NCBI GenBank assembly: GCA_937625935.1
Contig: OW569383.1
Location: 372,001-436,000, forward strand
Direction: 5' to 3'
DNA length: 64,000 bases
Source: Tetramitus jugosus
Taxonomy: Eukaryota; Protista; Heterolobosea
The translations under genes and the position numbers were made by a program. The notes below the pieces were generated by a model. It was not told the origin of the DNA. It saw only the letters and a program-made list of their open reading frames with translations, and searched no databases. Of the stretch, positions 32,200-46,100 are shown in pieces. The stretch's first letter is position 1. The number at the start of each line of letters is the position of its first letter.

Positions 32200-32449
32200 G
32201 TTGCTTGGTTTCTTTAGGAACTTTGGTTTTTTTTGTGTTTTGTCCTGCGAACTCTGTGGTGTGTTTTATTGAACTTGTTTGACGAAAACCAGGTCTTAAG
32301 TTTTGATTGGCAAGTTGAAAGAGGAGTCCAAACAATGCTTGAAGAAATGTTTACTGATTTCTTGTAGTTTCTCTTTGTTAATTTTGTTGAGCACTTTTTG
32401 AGGTTTTCAGGCATTGTTTCTCACCCTTTTTCATAGATAGATATTGCAA

Positions 32450-33355
32450 CTATAGTTCCACTTCGAGTTGTTTGTCGATCATATGCAGATTAGACTTGGC
32501 TACTTGCAAGTATTCGCTGTAACATGGCAAACCATGTGGATGAGAAGTCATGAGTTCTATTGCTAAGATCAAGTCTTTTCGAGTGATTGCAATATCAGTG
32601 GGATAAAAAATGGCTGTTTCCACAAGCAGAATTGGTGTCCACAATGGATCTTCCTTTCGGAGAGCGCATCGATAAATATCTTCGGTAAGACTTCTCGGGG
32701 CATAGTACATTTCCAACAATTTTGCCAGAGAGAGTAACTCTGGAACTGAGAATTCCGTCCAATACAGAGAGACTAAACGGCTCAGTTTCTCAGCATCAAC
32801 TTGTCTTTGAGGCTTCAAGGAGCATACTTGTCCAATTTTTCCAAGTAGCATCATCAGAGAAACACCAAATATAACTCCACTCATGAGGACTGGGCTGACC
32901 AGTCTTTCACGCAATGGTGCTCGAAACAACACACCAATCAAGGCAAGCGACGATGTCAAAGGTAAAAGAACCAACGCACCAATAGGATAAACACTTAAAA
33001 TCAAGAACCAACTCCAGGGAAGTCCCTTATCAATCGTTGTGTTTGTTTCAAACATCAATAGTGTTTCGAGAGCTCGGGGAAGCACTGTTTGACACTGCTC
33101 ATTTCCAGATATGGCTTTCTCGCTTGGAAACACGAGCGATTTGGTCCAATGCTTCGCATTTGTGTTTTGCTCTTTATTCCTTTTCTTCTCAAATCTTTCC
33201 TCCAACAGTTTTTGCCAAAATGATACCCTGAACGAATCATCTGTGAACACTTGCAGACGTTTGGTGCTGAATAAAGCGACTCCAAAGTTGTTGTGTCTCG
33301 GTGGTATTGCGAGACACCCTTGTCTGTTCCAACCACGCAAACCGAGGCGCTTCAT
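32450..33355 (-). CDS. Hypothetical membrane protein, possibly mitochondrial
   Basis: Arg-rich, presequence-like N-terminus; 2-3 central hydrophobic segments; helical C-terminus. Confidence 0.6.
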   Translation of the reverse strand: MKRLGLRGWNRQGCLAIPPRHNNFGVALFSTKRLQVFTDDSFRVSFWQKLLEERFEKKRNKEQNTNAKHWTKSLVFPSEKAISGNEQCQTVLPRALETLLMFETNTTIDKGLPWSWFLILSVYPIGALVLLPLTSSLALIGVLFRAPLRERLVSPVLMSGVIFGVSLMMLLGKIGQVCSLKPQRQVDAEKLSRLVSLYWTEFSVPELLSLAKLLEMYYAPRSLTEDIYRCALRKEDPLWTPILLVETAIFYPTDIAITRKDLILAIELMTSHPHGLPCYSEYLQVAKSNLHMIDKQLEVEL

Positions 33356-33433
33356 ATTTTTGTTGTTTCGGCATCAAAAATTGTTACCCAGTTTTACTTC
33401 CGTGTTGTGAGTTCGACAGCCAAAACAACTGGT

Positions 33434-34646
33434 TCATGGGACTTTTTGTTGACCAAAGTCCAAAGTTCGAAGAATGCCTCCATGTGTTCGCGCAGATTCC
33501 ATCAGAAGCTCGACATCACATTTCAAACATTCGGATGCATATTCGATAGCACGTCCATCGTTACGAACAGCTTGCATGACTAGTTCTCTGTCATTGCGCA
33601 ATTCTTTAGATGCATATCTCAATGCCAATCCATCATTCTTTACAGCTTCAAGTACCACTTCTCTGTCATTATGCCACTTGATTGGTGAAATCTTAAGAAT
33701 CCATCCAATCTGACGAGCAGCTGTCATTACTACCTCCTTGTCATTTCGAGGTACCTGTCCCGCATAAATTAAAACAATTCCTTCCTTCTGGAGAGCTTTC
33801 ATTACTATTTCTTTGTCATTGCGCAACTTTGGTGATGCATATCGAAGAGAAAATCCACTTGAAGACAATAAAGATTCCATTACCACTTCTCTTTCGTTCT
33901 GCAATTGTGAAGAAGCATATTTCAGAGCTTCTCCTGTCTTTTTCACCGCTATTAGCACTAATTGTTTATGATTACGCAACTCTTGCGATGCGAATTCAAG
34001 GCTACTTCCATCCACTGTCACTGCTTCCAAAACTACATCTATGTTGCTACATAAGTCTTGCGATGCAAAGCAGAGCGAACTTGGTATATTCTTCACAGCT
34101 TCCAATACAACATCTCTGTCACAGAGCAGTTCTTGAGAAGCATATTCAAGAGCTCTTCCATCTCTTTGAACAGCTTGAATGACTACTTGTTTGTCATTTC
34201 TCAAATCGTGAGATGCATATTTGAGAGCCAATCCAGAGTTTTTTACAACTTCCATCACTGTTGTCTTATCTCGACGCAGACTCTGGGAAACAAACTTTAG
34301 AGATAATCCATCGTTCTTCACTGCCTCCAGGGCAACTTGTTTGTTGTTGCGTAAGTCTTGTGACACATATTTTAAAGCACTTCTGGTCTGTACTGCTTTC
34401 ATTACCACCTCTCTATCATTGCACAATTCTGGTGATGCATATTGAAGTATCCATCCAACTAGGGATTGCTCACTGTGTAGTGGCATCATCACCACATCTC
34501 TGTCATTTTTCAAGTCATCAGATGCAAACCTCAAAGCTCCTATGCTGTTCTTCACTGCTTCAACAACTACTTCTTTATCATTCCTAAGTTCAGGTGAAAC
34601 AAATTGAAGAGTATCCACAAATGTTCACAGCTGTCATCACGACTTC
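33434..34646 (-). pseudogene. DUF4116-repeat protein gene with an apparent frameshift near 34610 (pseudogene, truncated gene or sequencing error)
   Basis: About 15 tandem ~25-aa repeats of the form 'ALxYASxELRNDKEVVxEAVKNxG'. The ORF-track start is GTG. One more repeat, 'EVVMTAVNICG', lies immediately upstream in a different frame. Confidence 0.7.
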
Positions 34647-35619
34647 CTATGGCATCAGTATCTTCAGATGGATGGAATCTTCATCAATGTTGTCATGCTG
34701 ATTTTGTGCCTTGTGTTCGACAAGCACTTTGTAAGACTCGACAGCGTAAAACAAGAGATTCGAAAGTTTTCAAGTTCCTTTTCTCACGAACATGAGGACA
34801 GTTTCTTGGCTCTAACCGCAGCAAGAACACAATTCTATGTGTTGATTTGGAAAGCTTGTTCTTTTCGTCTTGCTGCTTCATTGCCCACCGCAAAGAATAC
34901 ATTCTTGTGTGGAGAGACTCCAATACTACCAAACTATGATTTGCGAAATACTTTATTGGGAGAGGATAGAAGATTTATTGAGCGACTTCAGTTGGACAAG
35001 ACAGGTTTCAAGTGTTCTTCTTTGGTATTGAATGGGGCAAGCAGAAAACTGGTCAGGGAGGACAGTTGCATAGAAGATGTCTCAGACGCAACCCATAAAT
35101 ATCAAGCAAATCACTTCAGAACCGACTGGTGTACAATGTGAAGTTAGAACCTGTCATTTGAGCATAGCTTCATCTAGAGTCATCTCAGTTTCAAATAGTA
35201 CTGCTGTAGGTGCTTCATTGTCATCAGAGTTACTCCCTAGTCTGTATATTGTGTTTTTAACACGAGCATACATCTCGGCACAACTGGAACCGATTTGAGT
35301 AATTGGCCCAAGAGAGAGTAGACCTAGTTGGTCACTCTCGTAGTGCCAACACTTGCCATGGAATTCCAAAATACTTATGCGAAAGGATCCACATCTGCTT
35401 AATGTGCCTGAAATTTATGAGATTAACCCATTCCAGAGAACAATCATTGTCGATACCAAGTAAAGAGATCGCACAACCCAGCCCTGAACAAGAAGTATAA
35501 CAAGCAAGTGATTCTTGTTGCTCAGCTTATTGTTAGTTAGTCCTTGTCAACCCTAGTGATTTTTGCCTCACCAAGAGGTGGGATCATGAAAAGAAAGCTC
35601 TCTTTTGCAGCGAAATTCT

Positions 35620-36111
35620 TTATTGACCTGGGGCAAGTTGTATATAATCGTCCGATGCTGATCTGACTTGAAGACAGATAATGCCAAGCAGCAATAGAGG
35701 AAATAATAACAACAGTACAATGGATGTGACTGCCCATCGGTAGGAGACCTTTTGGTGTTGCAGGAATTTGGGAACACTTTCTTGATTGATGGCTTTGTAG
35801 ACTCCTTTTCTGCACGTGTACCATACCGAGCAACCAACATCACTTCCTGGCGCAATCCATCCCACCTCACTGTAACTAAAGTATAACTTAAATTGATATT
35901 GTCCTAAACAAGGAAGATTGGCCGTCGCCACCGCAACCTGTGTTTCAGACCATGTAACAATCGTGCAATTGTCAGACATCCTTTCGAATCCCTTTCTGAT
36001 CACAATTTCATCACGGATGTAGAGTGGGATGAGCACCACTGCAAATAAAAGACCGACCCATGCACAGCCACAGAGGTAGGGCCACACAGTAAGTTCGTCG
36101 TCGCTTGCCAT
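35620..36111 (-). CDS. Small two-TM protein with a four-Cys loop between the helices
   Basis: ATG-initiated, 163 aa. TM1 'LCGCAWVGLLFAVVLIPLYI', then a loop with the N-glycosylation sequon NCT and 4 Cys, then TM2 'AVTSIVLLLLFPLLLLGIICL' and a short tail containing 'YIQL'. Confidence 0.7.
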   Translation of the reverse strand: MASDDELTVWPYLCGCAWVGLLFAVVLIPLYIRDEIVIRKGFERMSDNCTIVTWSETQVAVATANLPCLGQYQFKLYFSYSEVGWIAPGSDVGCSVWYTCRKGVYKAINQESVPKFLQHQKVSYRWAVTSIVLLLLFPLLLLGIICLQVRSASDDYIQLAPGQ

Positions 36112-37148
36112 TCCCTTTTCTTCGCTTTCGCTTTGGGCCTTGTTTTTATCGGTTGTTCTTTCTTTCCAACACCATTCTCTCAGAGAAAACAGAGGTTGTC
36201 AACCAATACACCATCTGGTTTAATACATGTGCAGCACATTTGCGATTCAATTTGTTTTTCCGTATCACGCAAAACAAACAAAGTCTCAATGGAATCAAAC
36301 ATGAAGAAATTCAAGCGATGTGAGAAAGACTATCGTATGTGTATGGCTGTAGTAACAGCAAATCATGACCGTAACACTATGACTTACTTTTTAGGTGCAA
36401 GGAGATGTCAAGACAATGTTCTATTATGCAAGTATGATTAACAATAGATTATTTACTTCGAATACTTTCTCATGCTCTCTCTCTGGTAACCATTGACACG
36501 TTTACAGTGATCTTGGATTCAGCAGACTTCAACATACCAGGATATCTATGTGGTTCGGTAAAGAATGTATTACCATCATGATCTAGTTCTGCTCTCAAGG
36601 TTGTTCTTGGACCAATTACACTGTATACTCTATATTGTCCAAAGAATTCTTAACATTCTCCTTATTTTCAACCAATAAGTCACCGCCTCCTTTGATAACA
36701 CTTCTCATATTGAACTGAGGTCAATGTCTTGTTGTGACCTTCAGATAACTTGTACACCAATGGAGTGATGGAAACAGTTGTAGGTTCTTCTGGCATCTCT
36801 TATTGATGAACCAGCTATTTACATAACTCCATCGTCATCATAATGTTGGTGCCGCATTCTATGATTCATCTTACTTGCTGTTTGCTATAAACAATCCGAT
36901 ACACAGTTTCATTCTGTTAAATCATTCTGTTAAATCATTGCTTCTATTTTCCCGATTCACTATCAATGAGATATGAGCTGCCGGTTGAAGTTGGACCAAG
37001 CAGCACACTTTCATTTACTTGCTAAAACACAAACAGTGTAAACCATGTCATTGTACCACTCATGAGAAGAGAGAAGGAGTTCTCAACGGTATTGGAGTAG
37101 TCATTTTGTTCAGTAGGTATTGAGAATTTATTGCTGGTGAACATTCTG

Positions 37149-40100
37149 TTATGACTGCCAAGCATTTCTTCTTCTTTCCAAATAGGGAGAAGTCTTGTTG
37201 ATCAAGTTAGCTTCACTCAATGAGCTAGTGTCCGGAGATGACATGTCAGACATTTCTACATCCATCGGCTGTGTGTATTTCCTCGACAACATGGTTCTTA
37301 ATTTGTTGTCATCTTCGTTCTTAACCTTGTACATTCTTCGAGCAAAACTAGAGAATTGTTCGTCTTCTAACGACGAGACATTCTTGTCCAGAACGAACTC
37401 AAACTTCCATGCGTCCAACTTGGCTTGTTTCTGTTTCTTTTTTCTCTTGGTGAGTATTCTCCAGAGTAAGAGGAAGGAGATGACCAGTAGCAGACCTAAC
37501 AATAGCAAGAGGAATAAAGACCCAGCTATGGATGCCACTGCAGTAACAACTCCCTTTGTAAATTGTTTCACTTCTTCAACAGCAGGAGTCACAACGATGA
37601 AATTTTTTGGAACGTCAGTAATGTTGCAAGTGTCATACTGGCATCCAATCCATATTCTATCGATTAGGACTGACACCACGGAATCTGAAACCTTTCTTTG
37701 AGGTTGGGTCAAACTTTGAGAAACTGCCAGGTAGCCTGTCGACAACCTTTGTTTGAACACATCAACGAGAGTTCTTTCGGTCTCGAATGACAAGGTACAA
37801 ACTTCAGAGTATCCTTGAATCACTTCGACATCTATTCGCCATGGTTCATCAGGAAGTGGATCAGAAGAATTAGTGGACACGTTTTGTGTCATGAGCCAGT
37901 TGTTAAATAATGTCTCGTTCATATGAATCATTTCTACCTCTGGTCTGACGAGCTTGAGGGAGAGTGTGTGTGGAACACCAAGTGAAAATCCAGGACAAGA
38001 TTCAGTGGCAGTGGAAACTAGGGATCCTAATTGATATGACAAAGATATTGTTTTCACGTCTTCAGAAACAACACTTACAGATGCTAATACATAATAGGAA
38101 TCGTCATGATCCGATATATACCATAGTTCAACAAGGTTACCTATCTGTCCCGGATCAATAACAAATTCGATAGAGAGTTGCTGATCAACCTGATCCACGA
38201 GTGCCATCTTGGATCTTACCATAGCTCTCGGATTCGAATCAGAGATGTATGAAGTGATTCTGGACATGGAACGACTAGAAAGCTCTTCAAACGGAATCCA
38301 GTCAATTGACAAAAGATTGTTCTGGGTTGGCTCAAAACTATTTAGCAAAGTATCTCTATCAAATGAATCATAGAATGTAAATAAGCTCGTATCAACATAG
38401 TAGAAGAATGCAGGTGAAATTCTTGGCGTAAATTCTCTGTTTAGCATTGTAACAGTTAGTTGTACTACATGATTATTTGCTTCTTCAAAAAGAGGAACCT
38501 CACACTCTACATGTCGAACATATACATTATTTGAAAGAACCTCTATTTTCATCTCTTCTCCATTATTTTTCTTCATCAGGAACGAACAAGTGATATTCCG
38601 ATCTGTAGAGAACCATGATCCATGAACAGTTATAATGTCGCCATGTTTAGCTGTAGTTGGATTGATACTGTGTATATGCGGCTGAAAGTAAATCAGTGAA
38701 ATTCCAGGTTGAGGAATAGGAGCAGAGCTTGTGACAGAATTGATAATAATCCGTGTAAACTCGACAGTCGATTCGCCATTTGGCCATACGAAGGATGGTT
38801 TGAAACATGCATCTCCAGTAAGCCCTATTGAGCGGCAGTCAAAAAGTTGGGCAGTTACATTGACTTTTGCATTTGTATCCTCCAGTGTAACTCTCGATTG
38901 ACTTTCTATTGTTAAGTGTAGTCCAGTTAACCGAATCCAAGTACTCGTTATAGAATCTGCAGGCACTCCAGAAGGATATAAATTATCAATATTCGGTTCC
39001 CATTTACCAAGAATTGTAAACTTTTTACCGTTTAACTCACTAGGATAGGTCGAAGTGAATAAGTCCATAACCTTGTTACGCGGAATTATAGAGAGTTGAT
39101 TTTTCGAAATATCATTGAGGTATACATAGGAATCGGACTCCAATTTCACACCAGCAAAGAATCCATCGTAGATATCAACAAGAATTAGTTGATTTCCGTG
39201 TACTCGTGATACAAAATTCCTGCGCATCACATGAACTTCGCCATTTACAAACAATAGCGCTTGGACATCTTCTATCGAAGGGAACGACTCTAACACAATT
39301 AGTTCTGAAACTTGATTAGACATAGAAACTTGAAGTATCACCATTGCACCACCCTGCTTCCTTTGTGCTAGAATAAAGAGAGTATCGCTCAGTGGGTCAA
39401 TAGTAACAAACCGGCTGTCATTTTCTTCCAAAAAAGGCAAATATTCCGTTAGTGTGTAAACTTGATCATTATTCTTGTTTGTTAAACTCAGAGAATGAAT
39501 TGTGATATCCTCCTTGACCGATACAATTATCAATGAAACTTTTCTGACAAAAACTGCGCAAGTACTCATATCTGGGATTGCCCGAGCAGGTGAAGCCCTC
39601 AGCAATGTTAATGATTGAGAGGAAACAGTGTAGATTCCTTCGTCTCTTATCAGATAGAAAGATCTTGAGTACTCACTGTAGAGTGTCTTTGAGGAGTTCA
39701 CTGAAGTGAAACTAAACACAGCTCTGCCAAAATTCATATCCACTAAAGAAATATTCTGCAGGTACCCATCAGGGGTAGAAACAAGTAAATATTCATGGCT
39801 CAATTCACTTTCACTCCTCACAATTTCACAATCTTTTCCAGAAAAACGTGGTTGACAAAGACAGTTATCAGGTGCAATGCACTCTCCTCTTCCACTACAG
39901 ACACTAGTTTGATTACCCAAATCACCGAAGCAGATGGGAATATCACATATATTAGATACATAACCATCGGCACAACTACAGAAGTCAGGTGTTCGGCAAG
40001 ATCCATGACCAGAACACACAGTTGATTCATTTGAGAGTGAACCGTGACACTGAACTATTTGGCACAGATCACCAAAATAACCATCTAAACAGGAGCAACT

Positions 40101-43100
40101 ATTGGGTTCAACACAGGCACCAACTCCGCTACAAACCAACGGATTTGAGGCTGCTAAATCATAACAAATAGGAACAGAACAATTAGTTCCAGTGTATTCG
40201 TTTGTACACAAACAAATATCTGGAGCTGTGCAGTTTCCTTTACCTGAACAAACCAAACTCGAATTTTGGCTAAAACCGAAGCAAATATTCAGCTCGCACC
40301 TATTTCCAGTTTTCCCATTATCACAAGAACAGACATCAGGAGCTAAGCAGTCTCCAAATCCGCTACACACACTTCTGTTATTTCCATCAGTACCAAAACA
40401 TATGGGAATTTCACACTCTTCCCCAGTGTACCCACTAGTACATTTACAATTATCAGGCAATATGCACGACCCATGTCCGTTACAAGTGTTCGAATCTGTT
40501 TCATTCAATCCAAAACATACATTGATTTCACATTGTAAACCAACTCTTCCTGCTCTACAAAGACAAGAGTCAGGAGCAATACAAGTACCATTTAAGTATG
40601 AACAAACCGCAACATCGGTCTCTAGCTTTCCATAACATAAAGGAGTATCACAATTAGGTCCGGTGTATCCTGCTTCAGCAAAACAAACACAATTGTTTGG
40701 AGAGACACATGTTCCATGACCTCCACAAACTAATGGATCAGTCTCATTTCGTGAAGAGCAAATGTTTAGATGGCACTGATCTCCTGTTCGACCTTCAAGA
40801 CATTCACATTTGTCCACGTCCGTGCAGGTCCCATTAGAGGAGCATACTGCAGGATCAGTCTCATTAACTCCAAAACACGTAGATAGCTGACATTCTAATC
40901 CTGTTCTTCCGAATGTTCGACTGCAATTGCATGTATCGGCATACACACAAGTACCAACACCAGAGCAGACATGGGGGAAGTAAGCAGCAACTCCGTAACA
41001 TTTTGGAATTGAACAATCCGCTCCTTCCCATCCATAGGAGCAGTTACATTTATCAACAGAGTAACATACTCCATGACCACTACAAACATTTGCATCAGAT
41101 TCATTTCGCCCATAACAAATATTCAACTCACATTCTGACCCTGTTCTACCTTCACCACACAGACATACATCTGTATACAGACAGTTTCCTCGACCAGAAC
41201 ATACATCCTCATAATTATTGGCAGCTATTCCAAAACAGATTGGAATATTACAATCAAACCCAGTCCATGAATTCCAGGTGCAGTTGCATTTGTGGGGTGC
41301 CACACATTTTCCATGTTGATTACACACGAAATCATCTGTTTCATTAAAACCAAAACAATAATTTAACTCACAATTGCTACCAGTTCTGCCTTCACTACAC
41401 CAACAACCATCCGGTTCATAACAGAATCCGTATCGAGAGCACACTGATCGGTTCGTGCCCCAAATACCATAACATAAGGGAATGCTACAATCTCTACTCA
41501 CCCATCCGTCCGTACAATTACATTTATCTGGCTGATAGCAAAGGCCATGACTTGAGCATACCTCAACATCAGTTGTATTCACTTCAAAACAACTTGGATA
41601 GAAACATTCAAGTCCAGAATATCCATAGTCACACTCACAGGTATCTGGAGAGAGACAGTTGCCATGATCAGAACAGACATTTGAAGTATCATTGGAAAGA
41701 ATTCCAAAACATATTGGATATTGACATTGAAGCCCAGCATAGCCAACATCACAAATGCATTCATCAGGTGAACTACAAATGCCATGCCCTGAACAGACTG
41801 AACTATCAACGTCCAACTTTCCATAACAATTGACATATTGACAATCAGTTCCATTGAATCCTGGCGAACAAGCACACTGATCTGGCAGTTTACAATATCC
41901 ACGACCATTACAAACAAAAGTCGAATTCAACTCAAGGATCCCGTTACATACATTCTGTTCACATTCTGCGCCACCGTAACCACGAGTACAGACACAAAAA
42001 TCAACGTTAATACAATTTCCGTGTCCTAAATGTGAGTTGCATGAAGGAGGAGTAGTGGTCAAATTTTTTCCGTAGCATGTCAACGGTATGCAGTCACCTT
42101 TGGCATCAAGTTTCGTTAGACAAGTGCAATTATTTGGTGCAACACACGTCCCATTCTTTCCATAGCCACAAGAGGCAGGATTTGTTGCATTCAGTCCGAA
42201 GCAAATTGGTGTGCTACAGAAACGGTCAGTATACCCAACGGAGCAATTGCATTTGTTGGGCGATACGCATGTACCATGGCCGGAGCAATCCAAATTCGTT
42301 GGGAGTACTAGTTCGATAGAAGTAGCTGGTGCTTGATAAATCGTTTCAACACCTGTGATTCTATCGAAATATCTACTATAGCATACAGGATAGCTGCAAT
42401 TTCCTCCTGTAAAACCAGGAATTGGAGAAGAGAGACATACACATGTCTCTGGCTCAAAACAATACCCTTTACCGCTACAGACTAGGGGATCATTTGTATT
42501 CCTACCATGGCAAATTGTGTATTGACATCTATCACCATTATAACCTGTTGTACAATTACATTCTCCTGGACCTATGCATGATCCACGAGAAGAGCAGACA
42601 CTGGGATCGTTTGACAACAACCCAAAGCAATTAATATATTGACATCTGTCTCCTGACCATTTTTTAGGATCGCAAATACATGTGTTTAAGTATTTGCACT
42701 CTCCACGACCAGAGCACACATTTGGAGTGTCGGTCATGTTGTAACCAAAACATGATGTGAATTCACAATTGTTTCCTGAGAAGCCTGGTTTGCATACACA
42801 TGTGTCTCTCGCAATACACGATCCATTTCCAGAACAAACATCTGGATCATCTGCTAGGATATTGAAGCAAGTGACTCCATTGTATAGTAACATTGAATGA
42901 GAAAATCCAGTTGAGAAGAACTCTGCGTACCGTTCCGTGAATTCACCACCTACGATTCTAGGCGTCATATGGTCCGCATTGGACGAATCTCCCATCTGAC
43001 CATTTGAGTTTGCACCCCAAGCAAATACTTTGCCAGCGTCAGTCAGTACAAATGTAGTGCCACTTCCACTCGAGCTAATACTCACAATATTGTAACCCAA

Positions 43101-46100
43101 GAGTGCTTCCAATCTTGTTGGTAGACACTGATCAATAGTTGAGTTAATACCTAATTGGCCTCTGCTGTTGGCTCCCCAGCACCAAACTTGTTTTTTCAAA
43201 GTGAGCGCACAGCTGAAATATTCACCACCAGACACTTGAACAACAATTTCGGATTCTAATCCTGATACTTTAACGGGCACCAAGGATTTTACTGAGGGGT
43301 GCCCTTGACCTTGTTGACACCTCGAATCATCACCCCAACTATATAAAGTACCATCGACTGTTGTTGCCAGTGAATGATAAGCACCAGCAAACACTGTAGC
43401 AGCATTTTTAATGCCAAATATACTTAGTACACGAATTGGTCGACCACCTGACTTGATTGAATCTTGTGTTCCATCCCCCAGTTGACCCAGTTCGTTATGC
43501 CCCCATGAGTAGACTGAACCACTCGCACTTAGGCCCAAACAGTGAACTCTACCGCATGAAACAAAAGACATCTTGGTCGACTTGAGCGGCATTACTAAAA
43601 CTGGTGATTGTGATGAAATGATTTGTTGTCCTATTCCGAGCTGGCCTTGTTGGTTATTACCCCAACTGTACAATGAACCTCCAGTAGTTGTTACAATGAC
43701 CGAAGAGTATCCAACTGCGACATGAGTTGCTGTAAGGTTCTTCTTGGAGAACTCAGTCAACACCAAGCTCGTTCTACTGACTGGTGTGTTGTCTCCCAAT
43801 TGTCCTAAAGAGTTTGCTCCAACTGAGTACATTCGACCATCACCACGAAGAATGATTGAGAATTCTTGACCTGCACCAACATATTGAACCGGAATGGTAT
43901 TCAGGCTAATTGATTTGATGATTTTGTTTGTACTATGTGTAGTTCCTTGAACTAATTCACCTTTGGATCCTTTTCCAGTTCCAAAAAGAAAGCCCATTGT
44001 AACTCCATCGCAGTTGCTTCCCTTGCGGTTCGGATGACAAACACAAGTATTATTTGGAATACAAACACCATGACCGGAGCAAACTGCTGGATCAATGTTG
44101 AGGATGCCATTGCAAGTCACGCCACTACAATCACTCAACAAGAATTGATCTCTACACATGCAGCTATTATCATTCACACATTGTCCTCTTCCAGAACAAG
44201 AATTCTCATCATCTGCTAAAAATCCGAAGCATGTCGTACCATTGTACAAAAATAGAGTGTGTTCGAATGAAGCAGCAATGTGATGAATAAATCTATGGGA
44301 ATACCTGTTCACTACTGGTACTGGTAGAGATTCCATGCTTGAAATTTCACCATTTCCCAGCTGGCCAACATTGTTGATTCCCCAAGAGAGAGATGATCCA
44401 TTTGATTTTAGGACAAACACGTAGTTACGCCCAGAAAATATCGATCTCGAATCTTGAATTCGCTCATCGTAGAGTCGTACAGGATATCTTCTACGCTGGA
44501 TACTAGTGTGATTATCTCCTATTTGCCCTCGAGATGCCCCTCCCCAAGCAAATACTGATCCATCAGCAAAGATTACATAGGTGTTCTCTTCGGAACCACT
44601 AATGGAAATGGGCGTCTTACCCTTGAACTGAGAGTTCAAGAGAGGAGTGGGTGAATATCTATTGAAGGAAACACCATCACCTAGCTGACCGAATGAATTT
44701 GACCCCCATACATACAACAGTCCATACGGACCAATGCCGATGACATGGTTCCATCCAGAAGCCAGTTTCGAAATTACTATTTGATCAATTACACCGACTC
44801 CCACTTGCAAGGGTGTGGACGAGAGCTGATTATCACCATTTCCTAATTGACCAGCATCATTTTGACCCCAAGCATATACGGTTCCATCGTCGATAAGAAC
44901 TGCCGTGTGAGCTTCTCCACATACTGTTTGAACCACTTTCCGACCCTGAAGATCTCCGGATACGAGAACTGGTTCATGCTTGTCAGCAAAGTCTCCCAAA
45001 CCCAACTGACCTCGATAGTTGTATCCCCAAGTATAGACTTGTCCATTAGAATCCACAATGACAGTATGAGCGACACCATTACATCCTGTGACTGCCTTTA
45101 CGCCACTCAATCCTAAAGGTGCTGTCGGTAATAATCTTGTTATGGTTGTTCCATCTCCCAATTGACCTCTATCGTTCAGACCCCAACCAAACACTTCACC
45201 AGTTACAGTAATTGCGATGGAATAGTCCTTACCAGAAGAGACATGAGAAACAACAGTGCCAAATAGCTCACCTCCAACAGCAACCGGATGTTTTTGTGGT
45301 AAGTTATAACCATTTCCTAATTGGCCAATTGATCCTTTACCCAAACTAAAGGCATATCCATTTACTACTTGACTACAATCATCACCAATATATCCGGGAA
45401 GACAAACACACGAATCAGCTGCAAGGCATGCTCCTCGACCAGAACACACCCGAGTATCGTTAGGATAATAATTGAAACAATAGAATCCACTACAATCTGG
45501 GGCATTATAGTCCGGAGGACACTCACAGTGGTCTTGAGCAGTACAATTGCCTTGAGAGGAACAAACACTTGGATCGTCCGCGAATTTCCCAAAGCACGCA
45601 GTACCATTGAACAAGTAGAAAGTAAAGTTGTCACCAGAAGCGACAGTAGTAGGATATATATTTGGAAATTGTTGTTGAACTTGCACCACGCTTCCTACTA
45701 TAGTTTCGCTGTAGTTACCATTTCCAAGTTGACCGAATGAATTTTCACCCCAAGAGAACAAGGTTCGATTATTGGTTAGCACATGAACAAATGATTCTCT
45801 TGCACTCACTCCTAAAATACGAACATCCGGCAAAACTGTTACCAAAGTGGGATTTTTTTTGCTCGTAGTTGTTCCATCACCTAGTTGGCCATGCCTGTTG
45901 TTACCCCAGCTATATAGTGAATTACTCATAGTTATTGCCATCGAAAAAGAGGAACTAGCAGTGACTTGTGACACTGGTTTTCCATACAAACCAGGAATCT
46001 GTATTGGCAAAAACTTGTCGATGTTTGTGGTATCTCCCAGTTGGGATTTGTCGTTCAGTCCCCAACTATACACAGCTCCATCCGAATCTAAGGCCAAAGA

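Noticed and set aside
34668-35141. 157-aa plus-strand ORF
   Set aside because: No recognisable domain, and it lies opposite the putative decayed minus-strand fragments. Unsupported either way.
36910-36935. 13-bp direct repeat CATTCTGTTAAAT x2
   Set aside because: An isolated small tandem duplication with no element between the copies, so there is no evidence of a target-site duplication.
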